A DNA stretch of 49,418 nt. Origin: an uncultured Pelagibacteraceae bacterium. GTDB taxonomy: Bacteria > Pseudomonadota > Alphaproteobacteria > Pelagibacterales > Pelagibacteraceae. This document shows, piece after piece, positions 19,306-28,908 of this stretch. The notes beneath the pieces were generated by a model. That model saw only the letters and a program-made list of their open reading frames with translations. It was not told the DNA's origin and did not search any database. Position 1 is the stretch's first letter. Each line of letters starts with the position of its first letter. Location of the stretch: the NCBI GenBank assembly GCA_902551735.1, contig CACDEK010000001.1:1-49418 (forward strand), read 5' to 3'. The position numbers and the translations under genes were made by a program.

Positions 19306-19376
19306 AATTACATCATATTTTAATTAAAAATTATTTGTATCACTTTTTAGTTGATTAATTTTTTCAATTAAAATCT

Positions 19377-19394
19377 TGTGGATAACGGGGATAA
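19377..19394 (-). promoter_or_regulatory. Tandem DnaA boxes (one perfect, one with 2 mismatches)
   Basis: TGTGGATAA at 19377-19385 is the reverse complement of TTATCCACA. The abutting CGGGGATAA at 19386-19394 reads TTATCCCCG. Confidence 0.55.
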
Positions 19395-20510
19395 TTATTT
19401 TTTAATCCATCCACCGCCTAAAACTTTATAACCCTTGCTATTTTTTGAGTAAAAAACACATGCTTGACCTGGTGAAATACCGAACTCATCTTCAAGTAAT
19501 TTAACTGTTGCAAAATTATTTTTTAATTCAACTTTAGCTTTAATTAGTTTTCCAGTTGATCTGACTTTTACATATATTTCATTATTAAAATATTTTTTAT
19601 CTGCTAATAAATTTAAATCTTTTAAGTTTATTGATGGTTTGATTAATTTTTTTTTTGATCCTACTAAAATTTCATTTTTTTCATGATTTATATCAATCAC
19701 ATACAAGGGCTCACTAGAAGCAATTCTTATTCCTTTTCTTTGTCCAATTGTAAAGTTAACAATACCATCATGTACTCCAATAACTTTGCCAACGGTATCT
19801 TTGATATTTCCTTTTTTAAATGCGTCAGGTCTAAGCTTTTCAATAACAGATACATAATCTCCATTAGGAACGAAACATATATCTTGACTATCAGGTTTAT
19901 CAGCAACATTTAATTCTAATTTTTTTGCTACTTCTCTTGTTTGGGCTTTCCGCATGTTTCCTAAAGGAAATCTTAGATAATTTAACTGTTCTCTTGTGGT
20001 ATTAAATAAAAAATAACTTTGATCTCGGTTTTCATCAACGGCCCTGTACATATCTGTTATATTTTGATTTGTAATACTTTTTACATAGTGACCTGTTATT
20101 AAAGCATCAGCTTTTAAATTTTTTGACTCTTGAAATAAATCGTTAAATTTTACTGTTTTATTACATTGAATGCATGGAATTGGTGTTTCACCTTTAAGAT
20201 AACTTTCAACAAAATTATCTATAACTCCTTCCCTAAATTTATTTTGATAATAAAAAACTTTATGTTCTATATTTAGTTTATGTGCGACTCTTTTTGCATC
20301 CATAATATCTTGCCCAGAGCAGCACTGTTTGGAATGAGCAACTTCCTTATTGTCATCGTAAAGTTTTAAAGTAATTCCTATAACTTTATATCCTTCTTTT
20401 TTCATTATTCCTGCAACAGTTGAGGAATCTACACCTCCCGACATTGCTACAACTACTGTTGTATCTTTTGGTTTTTTTTCTAAACCTATTGAATTAGTTT
20501 TTAAATTCAT
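19395..20510 (-). CDS. mnmA: tRNA 2-thiouridine(34) synthase
   Basis: [51 protein letters not shown]. Confidence 0.97.
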   Translation of the reverse strand: MNLKTNSIGLEKKPKDTTVVVAMSGGVDSSTVAGIMKKEGYKVIGITLKLYDDNKEVAHSKQCCSGQDIMDAKRVAHKLNIEHKVFYYQNKFREGVIDNFVESYLKGETPIPCIQCNKTVKFNDLFQESKNLKADALITGHYVKSITNQNITDMYRAVDENRDQSYFLFNTTREQLNYLRFPLGNMRKAQTREVAKKLELNVADKPDSQDICFVPNGDYVSVIEKLRPDAFKKGNIKDTVGKVIGVHDGIVNFTIGQRKGIRIASSEPLYVIDINHEKNEILVGSKKKLIKPSINLKDLNLLADKKYFNNEIYVKVRSTGKLIKAKVELKNNFATVKLLEDEFGISPGQACVFYSKNSKGYKVLGGGWIKK

Positions 20511-20551
20511 ATGATGGTATTTATACTTAATTCTATTATAAATTAAATTAA

Positions 20552-20725
20552 ATGATTTTAGATTTTGAACCAGGGGATAAAGTAGTAAATACAGCTAATA
20601 AGGATTGGGGAATCGGGCAAGTCCAATCTATAATAAATGAAAAAGTGACAGTTAATTTTGAAAATGTTGGAAAAAAAGTAATTAATGCTAAAAACATAAC
20701 ATTAGAAAAAATAAATAATGGATAA
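20552..20725 (+). CDS. DUF3553-like small SH3-type protein (not in the ORF track)
   Basis: [57 protein letters not shown]; WGIGQVQS...TVNFE motif; overlaps the cysQ start. Confidence 0.85.
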   Translation: MILDFEPGDKVVNTANKDWGIGQVQSIINEKVTVNFENVGKKVINAKNITLEKINNG

Positions 20726-21491
20726 TAAAAATTTAAAATATATATGCGATAGTTTAATTGATACATTTCTTGTCGCTGGAGACAGATCAATCGAGCTCAG
20801 AAAAATTGGTTTAAAAAAGGAGATCAAACCAGACAATACTCCTGTTACAAATGCAGATATAGAAGTAAATGAAATCTTAATAAAAAAAATTAAAAGCTTA
20901 ACTCCAGACATTCCTATTGTTTCAGAAGAGAGTGAATCCCATAAATTAAGTTTAAATCTTAAAAAATTTTGGTTAATAGATCCAATAGATGGAACCTATG
21001 ATTATGTTAATAATAGAGATGAATTTACTTTAAATGCTGCTCTAATAATTAACAAAAAACCAGAGCTAGGCATTGTGTATGCTCCTGCAAAAAAAAGATT
21101 ATTTTACTCGTATGGGAATGGATATAGCTTTGAAATATCTGATCAAAAAAAAACTAAATTGCTTTGCAAAAAACAAACAAAAAGCAATCAAATAAAAGCT
21201 GTTACTTATTCTCAAAACTTAAAACCAATTATTGCCGATCTACATAATAAGTTTGGAGTTACTGAATATATTAAAATGAAAAGTTCTTTAAAATTTTGTG
21301 TTATTGCAACAGGTGAATTTGATTTTTATGTTTCTGAACCAAGAGCATCCGAATGGGATATTGCAGCAGGACACGCAATATTAAAAAATGCTGGTGGTAT
21401 TATTACTGATTTCGAAGGTAATGATATTAATTATGGAAAAAAAGATTTTAAAAATCCAAGTATAATTTTAAAAAGAGGTATAAATCTTTAA
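20718..21491 (+). CDS. cysQ: 3'(2'),5'-bisphosphate nucleotidase
   Basis: KPDNTPVTNAD, VSEE, WLIDPIDGT, SSLKFC, EWDIAAGHAIL. Confidence 0.9.
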   Translation: MDNKNLKYICDSLIDTFLVAGDRSIELRKIGLKKEIKPDNTPVTNADIEVNEILIKKIKSLTPDIPIVSEESESHKLSLNLKKFWLIDPIDGTYDYVNNRDEFTLNAALIINKKPELGIVYAPAKKRLFYSYGNGYSFEISDQKKTKLLCKKQTKSNQIKAVTYSQNLKPIIADLHNKFGVTEYIKMKSSLKFCVIATGEFDFYVSEPRASEWDIAAGHAILKNAGGIITDFEGNDINYGKKDFKNPSIILKRGINL

Positions 21492-21631
21492 TGGACGAAA
21501 GAATAAGAATTATATTAATAATTATTGTTTCTACATCTATTTTTGGCCTTTTAGTTTTTGTTTTTGTAAAAAATTACATTAAAAGAAAATTAGAATTTTA
21601 TTTAAAAGAAAAAAATAAAAAAAAATTATAA
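21491..21631 (+). CDS. 46-aa single-TM small protein (not in the ORF track)
   Basis: MDERIRIILIIIVSTSIFGLLVFVFVKNYIKRKLEFYLKEKNKKKL; TAATG coupling with the cysQ stop; TM helix followed by a basic tail. Confidence 0.6.
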   Translation: MDERIRIILIIIVSTSIFGLLVFVFVKNYIKRKLEFYLKEKNKKKL

Positions 21632-22189
21632 AAATTTAACAATTCGAAAATAATCATCTTTTTCCATTTCCATAATTTTTTTAGAAGTTTCAAAGTCAAA
21701 TCCAGATCTAGCTAAAATTGATATATCTTTTTTATAAAATAATGTTCTATTGTCCTCTTCTCTGGCCGGTCCAATTCTTTTTTTTTTACAAATTTTAATT
21801 GCTGAAAAAAAATCTTGATCTTCATTTTTTTCTACAATTTTGCTAATTGTTTCTTTAATATATTTATCTTTAATACCTTTGGAAATTAAATAATTTTTAA
21901 TCTTATTAATGGAACTACCTCTTTGAATTAAATTTTTAGCTTTGCTGTCTGAATAAAATTTATCATTAATAAACTTAGTTTTCTCTAAATCATCAGTTAC
22001 AAGAGTGATGAGATCAGTAATATCATTTTTTTTTACAGATTCATTCGAAGTTTTTAAATATTTTTTTAATAAATAAGTTTTAACTTGTTGTTTTGAAGGG
22101 GAGTATTTATCTATATAAGAAAATGCAAAATTGCGCATTTCTTCAATAGTCATTTCTAAATTTTTTTTTTTATTTTTTGCAGGAATCAT
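21626..22189 (-). CDS. recX: RecX-family regulator
   Basis: FINDKFYS...RGSSINKIKNYLISKGI...KKRIGP...LARSGF pattern of alphaproteobacterial RecX. Confidence 0.85.
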   Translation of the reverse strand: MIPAKNKKKNLEMTIEEMRNFAFSYIDKYSPSKQQVKTYLLKKYLKTSNESVKKNDITDLITLVTDDLEKTKFINDKFYSDSKAKNLIQRGSSINKIKNYLISKGIKDKYIKETISKIVEKNEDQDFFSAIKICKKKRIGPAREEDNRTLFYKKDISILARSGFDFETSKKIMEMEKDDYFRIVKFL

Positions 22190-22221
22190 TTAATAATGTA
22201 ATATAATATATTTTCATATTT

Positions 22222-22695
22222 ATGATTGATCAAATTTATACCTTTTTTACAATCGATATGATCTATATATGGCTGACTTTAGGTATTTTGCCTTTATGGA
22301 TACTGTTAATTTTTTTTCCACAAATTAAGATTAGCAAGATATTTGTTACATCTATTTTTCCATTAATAATTCTTGCAGCAGTTAATTCATATTTAATATA
22401 TACAATTTATAGAAATGAAATTAATTATTTAGATGCTTTTAATTTATACTTAAACTTTGATGAACTCTTAATTTTATTTTCTGATAAAAATTTTGCTATC
22501 CTTTTTTGGATACACTTTTTAGCTATAAATTTATTTTGTGGTAGTTGGATTGTTAGAGATTACCAAAAAATTAATATGCCTAAATTTTTAGCCTTTTTTC
22601 CTTTAATTCTAACTTATTTTACTGGTCCAATTGGACTATCGATATATTGGTTGCTAAGAATTTTTTATAGTAAAAAAATTGATATGTATGACTAA
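22222..22695 (+). CDS. ABA4-like/DUF4281 membrane protein
   Basis: LPLWILLIFFP, WIHFLAINLFCGSWI, GPIGL motifs. Confidence 0.8.
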   Translation: MIDQIYTFFTIDMIYIWLTLGILPLWILLIFFPQIKISKIFVTSIFPLIILAAVNSYLIYTIYRNEINYLDAFNLYLNFDELLILFSDKNFAILFWIHFLAINLFCGSWIVRDYQKINMPKFLAFFPLILTYFTGPIGLSIYWLLRIFYSKKIDMYD

Positions 22696-23278
22696 GACAA
22701 TTGAATTTTATTTTGATTTTGTTAGTCCGTATACTTATTTAGCTCATAAAAGAATAATGAACATTGAAAAGACTGAAAATATAAAATTTATTTATAAACC
22801 AATTTTGTTAGGAGGCTTACATAATTTAAGAAAAATTACACCTGCTGCATTTATAAAAGCCAAAAAAAAATTTACAATTAATGATTGTGAAATAGTCGCA
22901 AAAAAATTTAATATTGAATTTAAATTTAATGATAATTTTCCTATTAATACTCTTAGTTTAATGAGGGGAGCGCTAATTGTAGATACAAATAAAATAAAAC
23001 AATATATAGAAAAATTTTTTGATGCTTACTGGGCTTTTAATTTTAATCTTTCTGATAATAAAATAACAGAAAAAATTTTAACAGACTTAAATATTGATAT
23101 AAAAAAATTTTTTGAAAGTATAAACGAACAAAAAATAAAAGATTTACTTAAAAAGCTAACCCAAGAAGCTTTTGATAAAGAAATTTTTGGCGCGCCAACT
23201 TTTATTGTAAATAATAAGTTATTTTGGGGTCAAGACAGACTAGATTATGCATTAGACGAATATAAAAACTCTATTTAA
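22688..23278 (+). CDS. 2-hydroxychromene-2-carboxylate isomerase / DsbA-like (GST-kappa) protein
   Basis: FYFDFVSPYTYL, PILLGG, FGAPTFIV...FWGQDRL. Likely start at ATG 22688. Confidence 0.88.
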   Translation: MTKTIEFYFDFVSPYTYLAHKRIMNIEKTENIKFIYKPILLGGLHNLRKITPAAFIKAKKKFTINDCEIVAKKFNIEFKFNDNFPINTLSLMRGALIVDTNKIKQYIEKFFDAYWAFNFNLSDNKITEKILTDLNIDIKKFFESINEQKIKDLLKKLTQEAFDKEIFGAPTFIVNNKLFWGQDRLDYALDEYKNSI

Positions 23279-23654
23279 TTTTAAATCCACTTTCTTTCAT
23301 TAAATGGAAACCACCATCAACATGAGAGACTTTTTTAAATCCCATATCAATAAGTGTTTTTGCTGCTAATGCAGATCTACCTCCTGCTGCACAAAACAAA
23401 ACTATTTCTTTATTAAGATCTAATTTTTCCTGTTCTATATAGGGACTCTCAGGATGTATTGAAAATTCTAACAATCCTCTTGGTATATGAAATGATTTGT
23501 CTATAGATCCGCTTCTTTGCAACTCTACAGCATCTCTAATATCAATCAGATTACATTGATTTTTTTCTAATTTTTCTAAAGCTTCTTCGGGAGTAATAGT
23601 TTTAATGATTTTTAAAGCTTCTTGGACAAGAGTTTGTGATGATTTAATGTTCAT
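23271..23654 (-). CDS. Rhodanese-like single-domain sulfurtransferase
   Basis: IDIRD, HIPRGLLEF, FCAAGGRS active-site loop, HVDGGF. Likely start MNIKSS at 23654. Confidence 0.88.
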   Translation of the reverse strand: MNIKSSQTLVQEALKIIKTITPEEALEKLEKNQCNLIDIRDAVELQRSGSIDKSFHIPRGLLEFSIHPESPYIEQEKLDLNKEIVLFCAAGGRSALAAKTLIDMGFKKVSHVDGGFHLMKESGFKIK

Positions 23655-23675
23655 TTTAAGATAAATTATATGTAA

Positions 23676-24704
23676 ATGAAGGTTAAAAATAAAGCAAATA
23701 AAAAATCGTGGTTTAAAAAAATTTTTATTAAAATTTGTAGATTGCTTGATTATGAAATTATTGATCAAAGCAATTTTTATCTACCTATTACAAATCAATA
23801 TATTAATGAAGATCTTTCAAAACCTGGTAAAAAATCTCTAACTATCCCTATGGGCAAAGTTGAAATAACAAGACCAGTTAAATCTTTAACTATAATTATG
23901 AGAACCTGTGCGTCTGTAAATATGCTTACACAGTCTAAAAAAAGATTATTTGATAAAGAAAAATCAGAATATACAATCAGATCTCTAAATTCTTTAATAA
24001 AATCAATCAATTATTCAAAGGAATTATTTAATAATATTAATTTAGAACTAATAGTTGTTGACCATAATTCTGATAAAAAAGTAACCGATAAGATTAAGTC
24101 TATTATTTCAGAAAATTTTTTTAAAAGCAGTTTTATAGCTTTAAATGTCGATGATTTTAAAAATGATATTAATCCTATTAATGAAAAAAAGGAAAAAGTA
24201 ATATTTAATCAAATGTCCAATATGGCAAATATACATCAATCTCTTATATTGGCCAAAAAATCGCAGGATTTAGTGTATTTTGTCGAAGATGACTACATTC
24301 ACTCAATTGAGGCTTTAAAAGAAATGATTTTAACCTATGAAAAATTATCAAGTATGCTTAAAACTGAAATAGTACTTTGTCCTACAGATTATCCTTATTT
24401 ATATACGGAAATTGGAAGTACTGAAGTTTTACTAGGTGATAAAAGGCATTGGAGATCTATAAAAGAAACTTTATGTACATTTTTAATGAGCAAGGAAATG
24501 GTAATAAAATATTGGGATCAATTAACAAAAATGTGTAAATTTGAACATTATCCCTTTGAAAAACCATTACACAATATTTATGAAAAAGAATATTGTTTTA
24601 GTCCTATACCTTCTTTAGCCATACATCTTACAAATATTAATTCTGTATTTGGCTTATCTCCTAATGTTGACTGGAAAAAAAATTGGGATGAAAGCGAATT
24701 ATAA
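23676..24704 (+). CDS. GT-A/GT2-like glycosyltransferase
   Basis: IVVDHNS and VYFVEDDYIH (DxD-like) motifs; SPIPSLAIH. Confidence 0.7.
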   Translation: MKVKNKANKKSWFKKIFIKICRLLDYEIIDQSNFYLPITNQYINEDLSKPGKKSLTIPMGKVEITRPVKSLTIIMRTCASVNMLTQSKKRLFDKEKSEYTIRSLNSLIKSINYSKELFNNINLELIVVDHNSDKKVTDKIKSIISENFFKSSFIALNVDDFKNDINPINEKKEKVIFNQMSNMANIHQSLILAKKSQDLVYFVEDDYIHSIEALKEMILTYEKLSSMLKTEIVLCPTDYPYLYTEIGSTEVLLGDKRHWRSIKETLCTFLMSKEMVIKYWDQLTKMCKFEHYPFEKPLHNIYEKEYCFSPIPSLAIHLTNINSVFGLSPNVDWKKNWDESEL

Positions 24705-24727
24705 TATCAATTAATGATATCTAAATA

Positions 24728-24763
24728 TGATAACAGCCTTTTAAATAGTAAAGGCTGTTATCA
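24728..24763. terminator. Bidirectional terminator-like hairpin between the convergent GT and HU genes
   Basis: Perfect 14-bp inverted repeat TGATAACAGCCTTT / AAAGGCTGTTATCA. Confidence 0.75.
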
Positions 24764-24771
24764 ATGTGAAA

Positions 24772-25047
24772 TTATTTATTAAATATTTCTTTAAGTGCTT
24801 TAGCTGGTAAAAACTTCACTTTCTGTGAAGCAGCTATTTGGATTTGTTCTCCTGTTCTAGGATTTCTTCCAATTCTAGCCTTTCTTTTTGCTACTTTATA
24901 AGTTCCAAAACCAGCTATTTTTACAGAGTCATCACCTTTTAATGCATCCAAAATAGTATTGGTAATTGTATCAAAAGTACGCTCTGCATCAGCTTTGCTT
25001 TGGTTTAAAGAACCAGCCAACTTAGCCACTAATTGTTTTTTGTTCAT
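24772..25047 (-). CDS. hup: DNA-binding protein HU
   Basis: MNKKQLV...GFGTYKVAKRKARIGRNPRTGEQIQI...VKFLPAKALK. Confidence 0.95.
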   Translation of the reverse strand: MNKKQLVAKLAGSLNQSKADAERTFDTITNTILDALKGDDSVKIAGFGTYKVAKRKARIGRNPRTGEQIQIAASQKVKFLPAKALKEIFNK

Positions 25048-25197
25048 TTTAGCTCCGGTTTATAAGGTTTAATTATTATACTTTACAATATCCTTGATAA
25101 TTCAAGCTTTTTTTTAGTATGTAATCTACTTTTCCACACAATATATTGTACTCAAAAACTATTGATTTTATTAACTTTTTTGAGTACTAAAAAGCCT

Positions 25198-26307
25198 TTA
25201 AAACAGTCCAAAATCTTTAAGATCGTTAAAAGTGGCGAAAAACATTAAAGATAATATCAAAAACATTCCGATTCGAAAAAATCCTTCTTGTGTTTTTTGA
25301 CTTAAAGGTCTTCCTAATATTTTTTCAAATCCATAAAACATTAAATGCCCCCCATCTAATAGTGGGATAGGAAATAAATTAATTAAGCCTAAACTTATAG
25401 AAATGTATGCCATTAAACTTAAAAAAGGTATTAGACCAAACTCAGCAACTTGACCTGTGACTTTAGCTATACGAATTGGCCCACCTAATTGAGAGCTATC
25501 ACCAGATCCAGTTAAAATTGAACCTAAATACTTAAGAGTAGAAGTAGAAACAAAATAAACTTCACTTAAAGAATAATACAATGCTTTTGCAGGACCTAGT
25601 TTTATATGTTTGATTTGATTGTTGTATGCACCGAGTTGAATTCCAATCATTCTTTTATTAATTTTATTACCTAAATTATCCTCAGATTCAATAATATTAG
25701 GTTTTACCTTTAAAATCATATCTTGATCATATCTTGAAATTTTAAAATCAATAAAAGTTGATGTAGACATCATAATCAATTTAGAAACTTCTAATATGCT
25801 TTTAACTTTTGTTCCATCAATCTCTAAAATTACATCATTTTTTTTAAAACCAGCAACTTCAGCTGGGCTGTTTTTTTTAACTTCATTTATAACGGCAGGA
25901 GTAAAATCTTTTCCAACAAACATATAAATAAAAGAAAAAATAACGACAGCTAAAATAAAATTAGCAATAGGACCTGCTGCAACAATTAAAGATCTTTGAT
26001 ATAATGGTTTAAGCACAAATAGTTTTTTTCTATCTACTTCATTATATTTTGCAATAATTTTTTCTTGGTCACTTTGAGAAAAAACATTTCTATCACCAAA
26101 AAATTTTACATATCCGCCAAGTGGTATCCAGCAGATTTTCCATCGAGTTCCCGATTTATCATTCCAGCCAAATATTTCCCTTCCAAAACCTATAGAAAAA
26201 TCAGTTACACCTACACCATATTTTTTAGCAAAATAATAATGGCCATATTCATGAATAAAAACTACTACTAAAATTAAAACTATAAATGGCAATACAAAAT
26301 TAAACAT
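25198..26307 (-). CDS. rseP: RIP metalloprotease RseP
   Basis: HEYGH, FSIGFG, IPLGGYVK, AGPIANF, PDZ domain, NLFPIPLLDGGH. Confidence 0.95.
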   Translation of the reverse strand: MFNFVLPFIVLILVVVFIHEYGHYYFAKKYGVGVTDFSIGFGREIFGWNDKSGTRWKICWIPLGGYVKFFGDRNVFSQSDQEKIIAKYNEVDRKKLFVLKPLYQRSLIVAAGPIANFILAVVIFSFIYMFVGKDFTPAVINEVKKNSPAEVAGFKKNDVILEIDGTKVKSILEVSKLIMMSTSTFIDFKISRYDQDMILKVKPNIIESEDNLGNKINKRMIGIQLGAYNNQIKHIKLGPAKALYYSLSEVYFVSTSTLKYLGSILTGSGDSSQLGGPIRIAKVTGQVAEFGLIPFLSLMAYISISLGLINLFPIPLLDGGHLMFYGFEKILGRPLSQKTQEGFFRIGMFLILSLMFFATFNDLKDFGLF

Positions 26308-26326
26308 TTAAATGATTCTATTCATT

Positions 26327-27757
26327 TTATTTTATTTTCCAAGCAAGTATTGGGCATAATGTTGCGGCTAAAAATGACATAAAAAGTAAAGATTGCGACA
26401 TAAATGTAGGAAAATCACTAACAGGAAATAAAACTCCTATTAATATTGATTTTGAAAAATCAGTACTTGGAAACAATATTAATCCAGAAAATAAACCTAA
26501 TAAAATTGCAAAATAAATTTTTTTCTCGGTAATTTTATTATTATAAAAACTATAAAAAACACTTAATACTGCTGAACAACACAATAGATCAGCTAATAAA
26601 AATAAGTATAAAATACTTATACCTCGTGAAGAGAATGCAAATGCAATAAACGATAGTAAAATAATTATAGTTTTAGATATTTTTTGATAATCACCTCTAA
26701 TTTTAAGAATTTTACTACCATCGACTAAAACAATACTTGAAATAGCATTGATTAGAGTATCGATACTACTAATAGTTAAAGAAATACCCAAAATTATTAC
26801 TATTACTGCTATTGATGTCGATTGATCTTTTAATAAAAGTGAGAAAAATGCCAAGTCTGCTATTACATTGGAATTTTCTGAGACCGCTACTAACCCAGAA
26901 AAGCCCATAAAAAAAACAATAGGAATTATAATAAAAAAAGAAATTATTAAACTTTTTTTTAAAATTTTTATATTTTTGGCTGCATAAACTCTTTGCCAAT
27001 TACCTTGGTGAAATAAATTTGTTGCTGCTACTGCTATAAAAAATGTTATTCCTGCTGTAAAATTTGTTAAATTACTACTACTTAATAAATTTGGCTTATT
27101 TTTGCTTATAAACTCAATGCTAAATTCATTAGAATTTAATGAAATTAAATAATTAAAAGAAAATAAAAATAATAAAATAATTATTATAAATTGAATATTG
27201 TCAGTAAAAATTGAAGCTCTCAAACCCCCATACAAAGTATAAATAAGCGAACTAACTATAACAATTGACGATGTTATCCATAAACTGGTGCCCGAAATAT
27301 AATTTACTAGCATTGATACTGCTGTCACCTCAGCAATTAGAAAAATGAACATGTAAAAAATAGTTAAAAATAAAATTAATTTAAATAATTTTTTTTTAAA
27401 TTTTATTCTAATAACTTCGATTAAAGTTTTTCCTTTTGGAAAAAATTTCCTAAATTTTTCTCCTAAAAAAATTAGAATAAATAATGGGAAAGCGGTTCCT
27501 AATGCATACCCTATCACAGCACCAATTCCGCCCCATGTTGCAGCTGAAGCTGGCCCAAAAAGTACCCATGCACCTAATGCTGATGCTACAAGACTCGTAG
27601 TTAATGAAAATGTTTTTACATTTCTATTAGCAACTAAATAATTATTTAATCCTTGGTTTTTTTTTGAATACAAAACACCTATTGAAACAAATATTAAAGA
27701 CAGAATTATTATTAATATTAAAGATGAACTTTGGCTTAATAGATTTGAATTTTCCAT
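26327..27757 (-). CDS. thiV: Sodium:solute symporter, ThiV-like putative thiamin-precursor (HMP) transporter
   Basis: SSS motifs (NYLVANR, YTLYGGLRASIFTD, WQRVYAAK) plus a TPP riboswitch directly upstream. Confidence 0.82.
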   Translation of the reverse strand: MENSNLLSQSSSLILIIILSLIFVSIGVLYSKKNQGLNNYLVANRNVKTFSLTTSLVASALGAWVLFGPASAATWGGIGAVIGYALGTAFPLFILIFLGEKFRKFFPKGKTLIEVIRIKFKKKLFKLILFLTIFYMFIFLIAEVTAVSMLVNYISGTSLWITSSIVIVSSLIYTLYGGLRASIFTDNIQFIIIILLFLFSFNYLISLNSNEFSIEFISKNKPNLLSSSNLTNFTAGITFFIAVAATNLFHQGNWQRVYAAKNIKILKKSLIISFFIIIPIVFFMGFSGLVAVSENSNVIADLAFFSLLLKDQSTSIAVIVIILGISLTISSIDTLINAISSIVLVDGSKILKIRGDYQKISKTIIILLSFIAFAFSSRGISILYLFLLADLLCCSAVLSVFYSFYNNKITEKKIYFAILLGLFSGLILFPSTDFSKSILIGVLFPVSDFPTFMSQSLLFMSFLAATLCPILAWKIK

Positions 27758-27827
27758 TACTCTCCCTTTCTGAATTACCGGACAGGTTATAGGGTATTAT
27801 CTCAGTCTCTCGACACCCCTGCAGTAA
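27757..27827 (-). ncRNA. TPP-class riboswitch (variant 3' half), translational
   Basis: Minus strand: UUACUGCAGGGGUGUC-GAGA-GAC-UGAGA-UAAU-ACCCUAUAACCUGUCCGGUAAUUCAGAAAGGGAGAGUAAUG. Conserved GGGGUG, CUGAGA, ACCC, AACCUG and AGGGA elements are present; the 3' strand of P1 overlaps the SD and start codon. Confidence 0.85.
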
Positions 27828-27846
27828 ATATTATATTAGCTATTAA

Positions 27847-28908
27847 TTAAAAGCAAACTATATGATCAATATTGATTGGACGTTTTATTCCAAATTTTTC
27901 ATCTACTTCATGTTGATGAATATGATGCGAATGAACAAAAACAGGTATTAATTTGTTGCTCGGAGTTTTAAGTGTATAAATAAAGTTAGTGCCTCTAAAC
28001 TTTCTATCAATAACTTCCAATTTTAAATTACTTTTGTCATCGTGCTCTAAGTCCTCTGGTTGTAATAAAAGTTTTACTTTAGATCCTTTTGGATAATGTT
28101 TAATAAAGTTTCCTTTAATTGTTCCAAGATCTTCATTTTCAAGACTATTTTCTCCAGTCACTTTTGCTGGAATTAAAATACCTCTATTCAAAAAGTTAAC
28201 AACTTCTACAGAATTAGGAAAATGATAAACATTATATGGATCATCAAATTGCTTAAGTTTTTCCTCCAAAATTAAACCACACTTATTTCCTAAATAAAAA
28301 GCTTCGTAAGAATCATGAGTAACTACAATGGTTGTTATTTTTAAATCATTTAAAAGTTTTTTTAGTTGAACTTGTATTTCTTCTTTAAAACTTTGATCAA
28401 CGTTTGATAATGGTTCATCTAATAACAAAAGGTCGGGTTGTGTAACTAATGATCTAGCAAGAGCTGCTCTTTGCGCTTCTCCTGCACTTATTTGGTGGGG
28501 ATATTTGCTTAATATTTTTTCTATATTTAACAATTTAATTATTTTTTTAGGATTTATTTTCTTTTTTCCCTTTGGTTTTTTTGCTTCAACACCTAAATAT
28601 ATATTTTTCTGAACATTGTAATGAGGAAATAAACTATTTTCTTGAAATGATAGAGATATATTTCGGTTTTCTGGCTCAACATGGTCTTTTGCAGAAGATA
28701 AAATATTACCTTTAAGTTTTATTGATCCAGATTTAATTTTTTCTAATCCTGCAATTGTTCTAAGGATTGTGGTTTTGCCAACTCCAGATGGTCCCAAAAG
28801 GCAGATTATATCTCCTTTATTTTCAATATTAAAAGAAACATTTCTTACTTTAGTTTTTCCTCCAGCTCTAAAACTAACATTTTTAATTTCTAAAAAATTT
28901 TTACTCAT
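27847..28908 (-). CDS. fbpC: Fe3+ ABC transporter ATP-binding subunit
   Basis: GPSGVGKT, ISAGEAQR, LLLLDEP, TOBE domain, His-rich C-terminus (HSHHIHQH). Confidence 0.88.
   Translation of the reverse strand: MSKNFLEIKNVSFRAGGKTKVRNVSFNIENKGDIICLLGPSGVGKTTILRTIAGLEKIKSGSIKLKGNILSSAKDHVEPENRNISLSFQENSLFPHYNVQKNIYLGVEAKKPKGKKKINPKKIIKLLNIEKILSKYPHQISAGEAQRAALARSLVTQPDLLLLDEPLSNVDQSFKEEIQVQLKKLLNDLKITTIVVTHDSYEAFYLGNKCGLILEEKLKQFDDPYNVYHFPNSVEVVNFLNRGILIPAKVTGENSLENEDLGTIKGNFIKHYPKGSKVKLLLQPEDLEHDDKSNLKLEVIDRKFRGTNFIYTLKTPSNKLIPVFVHSHHIHQHEVDEKFGIKRPINIDHIVCF

Noticed and set aside
19321-19394. Replication origin
   Set aside because: Only two boxes in a spacer of under 100 nt, and none of the usual oriC-flanking genes (hemE, dnaA, gidA, parAB) are present.
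20548-20911. Minus-strand ORFs 20548-20790 and 20702-20911
   Set aside because: Antisense shadows of the DUF3553-like gene and cysQ.
23655-23768. Long N-terminal extension of the rhodanese ORF (likewise aprM 13336-13392, metC 18261-18311, hisI 34484-34561)
   Set aside because: The extensions overlap neighbouring genes or promoters and lack family similarity; downstream ATGs give typical lengths.
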